A stretch of DNA of 32,000 nt from Cylindrospermopsis raciborskii Cr2010 (GTDB taxonomy: Bacteria > Cyanobacteriota > Cyanobacteriia > Cyanobacteriales > Nostocaceae), in the NCBI RefSeq assembly GCF_003367075.2, contig NZ_CP065936.1, forward strand, positions 90,001-122,000, in the 5' to 3' direction. The notes beneath the pieces are model-generated. The model ran no database searches, was not told the DNA's origin, and was given only the letters and a program-made list of their open reading frames with translations. Positions 28,201 to 32,000 of the stretch are shown in pieces (the stretch's first letter is position 1; every line of letters begins with the position of its first letter). A program made the translations under genes and the position numbers.

Positions 28201-29521
28201 AAATAAAAAGGAAGGTGATGTGTCTCAGTTAGACATTGAGAACTCCCTGCGTTTTAACAATGACCTATCACTAATTACGGTTACCGCCCAACAACTACAG
28301 CACATAGTTGAGCATGCAGTAGCGGGTACTGCCCCAGGTACAACCCCAGGACAATTTCCCCAGATATCCGGGTTAAACTTTAGCTTTGATCCTAGCAAAA
28401 CATCGATTCAGTTTAATAGTACGACTGGTGAAGTGAGTAGACAAGGTGAGCGGGTTCGCAATTTAGCAGTGGTGAAAGAAGATGGCTCATTGGTAGACAT
28501 CATTGTGAAAGATGGTGTGTTAGTTGGAGATGCCAACCGCAGCTTTAGAATGGTAACACTAAACTTTCTGGCGGGTACTAGTGCTACTGCTGTCCTTGGT
28601 GGTGACAATTATCCTTTTCCCACTTTTGTCAAGCAAAATGCAAGCCTAGCCAACCGAGTAGATTTGCGTGGTGAAACGGCTGATGTCAATGGCAATGGCA
28701 AGGTTGATACTGCTTTAACTTTGGCTCCCGGCAAATTTACCTTTGCCCTTCCTGGTACGGAACAGGATGTTTTAGCTGAGTATCTTGGCGATCGCTTTAG
28801 CACTAAGGCCTATGGAGTTCCTGATGTTAGTCCAGCATTTGATACTCGTATTCAAAACCTCACCTTCCGGGAAGACACGGTTATTCCTGAACCAAGTCTG
28901 ATTACTGGCACTCCTAATGCTGACACCATCCAAGCTGGCATGAACGGTTTTACTGGCTTTAATAGCTTGGTATTTACGGGTGCTGGCAAAGACGAAGTGG
29001 ATATCCCCATAGGCGGAGCCAAGTCCTATGTTGGTTCTAATCGCATTTTCACTGGTAGTGGTGCAGATATAATCTCTGTGGCTAATGGAGACCGGGCCTT
29101 TGGTGGTAGTGGGGATGACGAATTTGATGCCACAGAAGCCACTGGCTACCGGATCTCTGGTGGTGTGGGTAATGATATCTTCTACCTCGGTGTTAATGGT
29201 CGTGCCATCGGTGGTGAAGGTGATGACCGGTTCTTCGTGGGTGAAGGTGGAGGTAATATAATCTCTGGTGGTGCTGGTGCGGATCAGTTTTGGATTCTCA
29301 CTGATGACCCGACCCGTTTACAAACCCCCAATAGGATTGTTGACTACACCGTCGGTACGGATGTAATAGGCATTACTAACCAGTTTGCCAGCTCTGTGGG
29401 CGACCTGACCTTCAGTGGTAGTGATATCAGCCTAAACGGTGTGTTAATTGCTACCCTTAACGGAGTGAATGCTGCAGGTGCAACCTTCGTTTTTGCCAAT
29501 CCTCCAGCTAATTTACCCTAA
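25265..29521 (+). CDS. Giant secreted phosphatase: choice-of-anchor I beta-propeller + 5'-nucleotidase/metallophosphoesterase + RTX-like C-terminus
   Basis: 1418 aa; N-terminal propeller (GFLPDMLTFTPDGKKVLVANEGEP); phosphoesterase motifs (LQVLHGSDFEGG, SSGDNYIPG, ALGNHEFDLG); 5'-nucleotidase C-terminal motif VIALKNGGGIRDNIG; Gly/Asp-rich Ca-binding-like GGSGDDEFDA...GGEGDDRFFVGEGGGNIISGGAGADQF. Confidence 0.87.
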   Translation: MAIRLNKVGGATSTTNSEIPAFDSISKRLYVVAASVVDIYTVTTTGALTSVGKLTPGFTPTSGTAAPNSIAIKNGIVAVAYEIKDTATGTHQRGRVSFFDGGNGNFINSVEVGFLPDMLTFTPDGKKVLVANEGEPNENYSSDPEGSVSIIDLTNGPANATVQEAKFNAFDSQLATLRSQGLRVIGNNTTLSQDVEPEYIAVSPDGLTAAITLQEANAIAFLDVASATITSIKPLGLKNHNLVGNGIDASDRDVNGTSSGGGKVNIANWPVFGMYQPDAIASFISNGQTYYITANEGDSRVRPTSNNSFGNEGTIFNEESRVGDASYVLDPTVFPNASDLKKPEKLGRLVVSNKSGDTDGDGDFDQIQAFGARSFTIWDSSGNLIFDSGDQLEKLTAQFNPTGFNSDGAPNAGFDTRSDNKGPEPEGVTVGVIDGRTYAFVGLERVGDVIVYDITNASNPTFVQYVNTAEDRSAEGLIFVPSVDSPTGKPLVITANEVSNTVSVFETVAAITSTGNFTLQVLHGSDFEGGIPAVTDAIGFSAVVNKLKDDPKYKTNTLILSSGDNYIPGAFFNASSDTSLNNVGGLGSSTTPVIGRGDIGILNGIGIQASALGNHEFDLGVRQVRDILRTGSGNPGTNFPYLSTNLDFSPEITAGNLSATDLAANQNTADASSIKGKIAKSTIINVAGIDGITGTADDQRIGIVGATTPTLANISSSGSTIVKPANPIDYDALAAEIQTSVDILKAQGINKIILLAHMQQLTIERDELAKRLRDVDIIIAGGNHTILSDANDGLRTGDSSKGDYPIVKTGADGKPILVVSTDANYKYVGRLVAEFDQDGVIQVNKLDSAINGAYATDDAGVDRVYGSDVDPRAVANPNVVAIADGIKNLLASKDNLIVGKASVFLNGTREDVRTQETNFGNLTADANLWYAKQLDPSVVIALKNGGGIRDNIGAIGTGAGAISKDDVIKLPTQPNPLAPNKKEGDVSQLDIENSLRFNNDLSLITVTAQQLQHIVEHAVAGTAPGTTPGQFPQISGLNFSFDPSKTSIQFNSTTGEVSRQGERVRNLAVVKEDGSLVDIIVKDGVLVGDANRSFRMVTLNFLAGTSATAVLGGDNYPFPTFVKQNASLANRVDLRGETADVNGNGKVDTALTLAPGKFTFALPGTEQDVLAEYLGDRFSTKAYGVPDVSPAFDTRIQNLTFREDTVIPEPSLITGTPNADTIQAGMNGFTGFNSLVFTGAGKDEVDIPIGGAKSYVGSNRIFTGSGADIISVANGDRAFGGSGDDEFDATEATGYRISGGVGNDIFYLGVNGRAIGGEGDDRFFVGEGGGNIISGGAGADQFWILTDDPTRLQTPNRIVDYTVGTDVIGITNQFASSVGDLTFSGSDISLNGVLIATLNGVNAAGATFVFANPPANLP

Positions 29522-29540
29522 GCCTCGCTCTGTAATCTTG

Positions 29541-29567
29541 GTGTCTTTGTGGTCACCACAAAGACAC
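29541..29567 (+). other. Long perfect palindrome between the two giant ORFs
   Basis: GTGTCTTTGTGGT-C-ACCACAAAGACAC: 13-nt arms around one base, extended by CTT/AAG with a bulged G. Possible terminator, attenuator or mRNA-stability element. Confidence 0.7.
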
Positions 29568-29603
29568 AAGGAATCCTCTAGTTCACTTCAGAGACACACC
29601 ACA

Positions 29604-32000
29604 ATGAGTAACACTTATCATAATTTAGCAACGGGTGCTTTTACACAAAACTGGACAGATACCACAGGAATTACAATAAATAATGACTGGAGTAACATTA
29701 CTAGTATTATTGGTTATAGGGGTGATGATTTAACCAGTGCTACTGGAGTTGATCCGCAAACTGTAATTGCCGATGGTACTGGGGTTATTAATGTCATTGC
29801 TAACCAGTCCAACCCTAATACAGTTACTACTGGAGGGGTAGCTGAGTTTGAAATTAGTGATCCTGTGGTTTCCCTGCAGGGTTCCGGTACAGCGGATGCT
29901 CCTTTTTTATTAATTCACCTAAATACTCTGGGTGTTACCAATATCAATATCTCCTATAACCTGCGTGATATTGATGGCTCGACGGACAATGCAGTGCAGG
30001 CGGTGGCTTTGCAATATCGCATTGGAACAACGGGTAATTTCACGAATATTCCTAGCGGTTATGTTGCTGATGCCAGTTCTGGTCCTAGCTTCGCAAATTT
30101 GGTGACACCTGTTAGCGCTATTTTGCCCACAGAAGCAGAAAACCAAGCTCAATTACAGGTAAGGATTATCACCACAAATGCTCTAGGCAACGATGAATGG
30201 ATTGGTATTGATAATATAAATATTGTGGGCACGCCACAAACTGCTTCGGCATCGGGAATAACCCTTACCCAGTCGGGCAACTCTACCGATCTAGCTGAAG
30301 GTGGTGGGACTGATACTTACTCTGTGGTGCTGAATAGTCAACCCACCGCGAATGTGACAATCGCCATTAATGCAGGTCCACAACTCACTACTAATATTAC
30401 CAGTCTCACGTTTACGCCACAAGACTGGAATGTTGCCCAAATTGTCACAGTAGCAGCGATTAATGATGCTACCTTTGAGGGTAATCACACGGGTACATTG
30501 ACCCATGCGGTAACAAGTGCGGATACTAATTACAATAGTTTATCTGTTGCCAATGTTACTGCTAATATTACTGATAATGAGGCAGAAACCGCGCCTACGA
30601 TTCAGATTCGCATTACTGAATATATGTATTCAGGGGCAAATGGTGAATTTGTTGAATTAACCAATATTGGCAATACAACGGTCGACCTTACGGACTGGAG
30701 CTATGACGACAATTCGCGAATTCCCGGTTCCTTCTCATTAAGCGGTTTTGGCACTGTCCAGGCTGGGGAATCGGTAATCTTTACGGAAGCAACTAATACC
30801 AGTGACTTCCGCACGGCTTGGGGATTAGCGCCGTCGGTAAAAGTGATTGCAGGTTCCAATCAAGGGTTGGGGCGTGCTGATGAGATCAATATCTACAATC
30901 AGAATAATCAACGGGTTGATCGCCTGACCTATGACGATGGCACGATCAGTGGTTCTGTCCGCACCCAAAATGTCAGCGCTTGGACAGGTGTAACAAATTT
31001 GGGGCTGAATGATGCGACCAAGTGGCAACTCTCTACTGTCGCTGATGCTCAAGGTTCGGTGACATCCACAGGCGGAGATATTGGTAATCCTGGACGCTAT
31101 GCAATCGGCACTGTGCCAAGCATCGTCTTGACCCAAACCGGTGGCAACACTAGCATTATGGAAGGTGGCGCAACTGATACCTATACTCTCGCCCTAACTA
31201 CCACCCCAACTGCTCCGGTAAATATCAATGTTACCGTCACCGATGGGCAGACTTTGGTTAGTACGGATGGTGTAAATTTTGCAACCACAGCAATTTTTGC
31301 TTTAACGGATAGCATTGCTAAAACAATTACGGTGCGAGCTGTTGATGACAGCATTTTTGAATTCAAGCCCCATACTGGTGCGATCGCCCATACAGTGACT
31401 AGCAATGATTCTACTTATAACAGTCTTACTATTCCTAACCTCAATATCAGCATTGGGGATAACGATACTGCTCCTAATCTACCCGCAATCAGGATTACGG
31501 AATATCAATACGATGGCAATGGCAGTGAATTTTTTGAGTTGACTAATATTGGGAACACGGCCATCGATTTGACAGGATGGAGCTATGACGATGACTCAAG
31601 AATTGCTGGTACTGTTTCACTTAGTGACTTTGGCATCCTGCAGGCGGGGGAATCGGTCATTATTACGGAAGCTGGAGCGGAGATTTTTCGTGCTGATTGG
31701 GGACTTGCACCAACAGTGAAAATCATCGGTGGCTTAACCGTTAACCTCGGGCGCGAAGATGAAATCAATATCTTCAACAATAATGGAATCCTTGTCGATA
31801 GCTTGATCTATGGTGACAGCACCAGATTCCCCGGTACAGGGCGCACCCAAAATGTCAGCGCTTGGACAGCGGCGGCCAATTTGGGCAAGAACGATATTAC
31901 CCAATGGGCTTTGTCAACGGTTGGCGATGGTCTAAATTCTTATAACTCCCTGAGTGGTGGTACGGGTAACCCCAGTAGTTATAGCAGTGCGTCTGTGCCA
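29604..32000 (+). CDS. Large, probably secreted, lamin-tail-domain protein (3' end beyond the window)
   Basis: Open from ATG at 29604 to the window end (799 codons, no stop); absent from the ORF track. Two LTD repeats (IRITEYMYSGANGEFVELTNIGNTTVDLTDWSYDDNSRI...; IRITEYQYDGNGSEFFELTNIGNTAIDLTGWSYDDDSRI...) alternate with Calx-beta-like segments (ITLTQSGNSTDLAEGGGTDTYSVVLNSQPTANV...; IVLTQTGGNTSIMEGGATDTYTLALTTTPTAPV...). Confidence 0.8.
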   Translation, partial: MSNTYHNLATGAFTQNWTDTTGITINNDWSNITSIIGYRGDDLTSATGVDPQTVIADGTGVINVIANQSNPNTVTTGGVAEFEISDPVVSLQGSGTADAPFLLIHLNTLGVTNINISYNLRDIDGSTDNAVQAVALQYRIGTTGNFTNIPSGYVADASSGPSFANLVTPVSAILPTEAENQAQLQVRIITTNALGNDEWIGIDNINIVGTPQTASASGITLTQSGNSTDLAEGGGTDTYSVVLNSQPTANVTIAINAGPQLTTNITSLTFTPQDWNVAQIVTVAAINDATFEGNHTGTLTHAVTSADTNYNSLSVANVTANITDNEAETAPTIQIRITEYMYSGANGEFVELTNIGNTTVDLTDWSYDDNSRIPGSFSLSGFGTVQAGESVIFTEATNTSDFRTAWGLAPSVKVIAGSNQGLGRADEINIYNQNNQRVDRLTYDDGTISGSVRTQNVSAWTGVTNLGLNDATKWQLSTVADAQGSVTSTGGDIGNPGRYAIGTVPSIVLTQTGGNTSIMEGGATDTYTLALTTTPTAPVNINVTVTDGQTLVSTDGVNFATTAIFALTDSIAKTITVRAVDDSIFEFKPHTGAIAHTVTSNDSTYNSLTIPNLNISIGDNDTAPNLPAIRITEYQYDGNGSEFFELTNIGNTAIDLTGWSYDDDSRIAGTVSLSDFGILQAGESVIITEAGAEIFRADWGLAPTVKIIGGLTVNLGREDEINIFNNNGILVDSLIYGDSTRFPGTGRTQNVSAWTAAANLGKNDITQWALSTVGDGLNSYNSLSGGTGNPSSYSSASVP

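Noticed and set aside
25780-31780. Many 60-158 aa minus-strand ORFs antisense to the two giant genes
   Set aside because: Codon-bias shadows of long plus-strand coding sequences; no domains and no plausible arrangement.
1-32000. tRNA, rRNA, prophage or intact transposase genes
   Set aside because: I read the intergenic regions and found no TPsiC-arm-like signature, no phage structural genes and no transposase ORF. A tRNAscan-SE and Infernal run would be decisive.

Overview
This 32 kb window looks like a filamentous (Nostocales-type) cyanobacterial chromosome. The evidence is the gene families present and at least 11 HIP1 octamers (GCGATCGC). It is mostly housekeeping: a P450, RNase III, a UspA-like protein plus an ArsB/NhaD-type transporter, HtrA protease, peptide deformylase, RsmB, a class A PBP, FolK, a NUDIX hydrolase, a PstB-like ATPase, a TPR protein, a HAD hydrolase, ribosomal protein S1, DnaX, a GUN4-domain protein, and at the right edge two very large, probably secreted, phosphatase-type / lamin-tail proteins. 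The left edge holds a truncated P-loop ATPase gene next to a small winged-helix-like gene and a TerB-like gene. I see no CRISPR array, tRNA, rRNA or intact transposon. The best signals are: (1) a c-di-AMP (ydaO/yuaA-type) riboswitch at about 4869-5003 upstream of the UspA-like and ion-transporter genes; (2) a three-unit tandem Pho box (8 bp units, 3 bp spacers) at 25102-25131 upstream of the giant phosphatase; (3) a structured element in the rnc leader (3891-4049); (4) a recently expanded 72-bp repeat encoding an Arg-rich periplasmic tail on a PBP; (5) an orphan PstB paralog with altered Q-loop, signature and D-loop motifs; (6) a consensus promoter and long leader upstream of rpsA, with a switch-like alternative hairpin beyond it. 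I did not find a clearly new multi-gene system. The ATPase/winged-helix pair at the left edge is the only candidate and is cut by the window.
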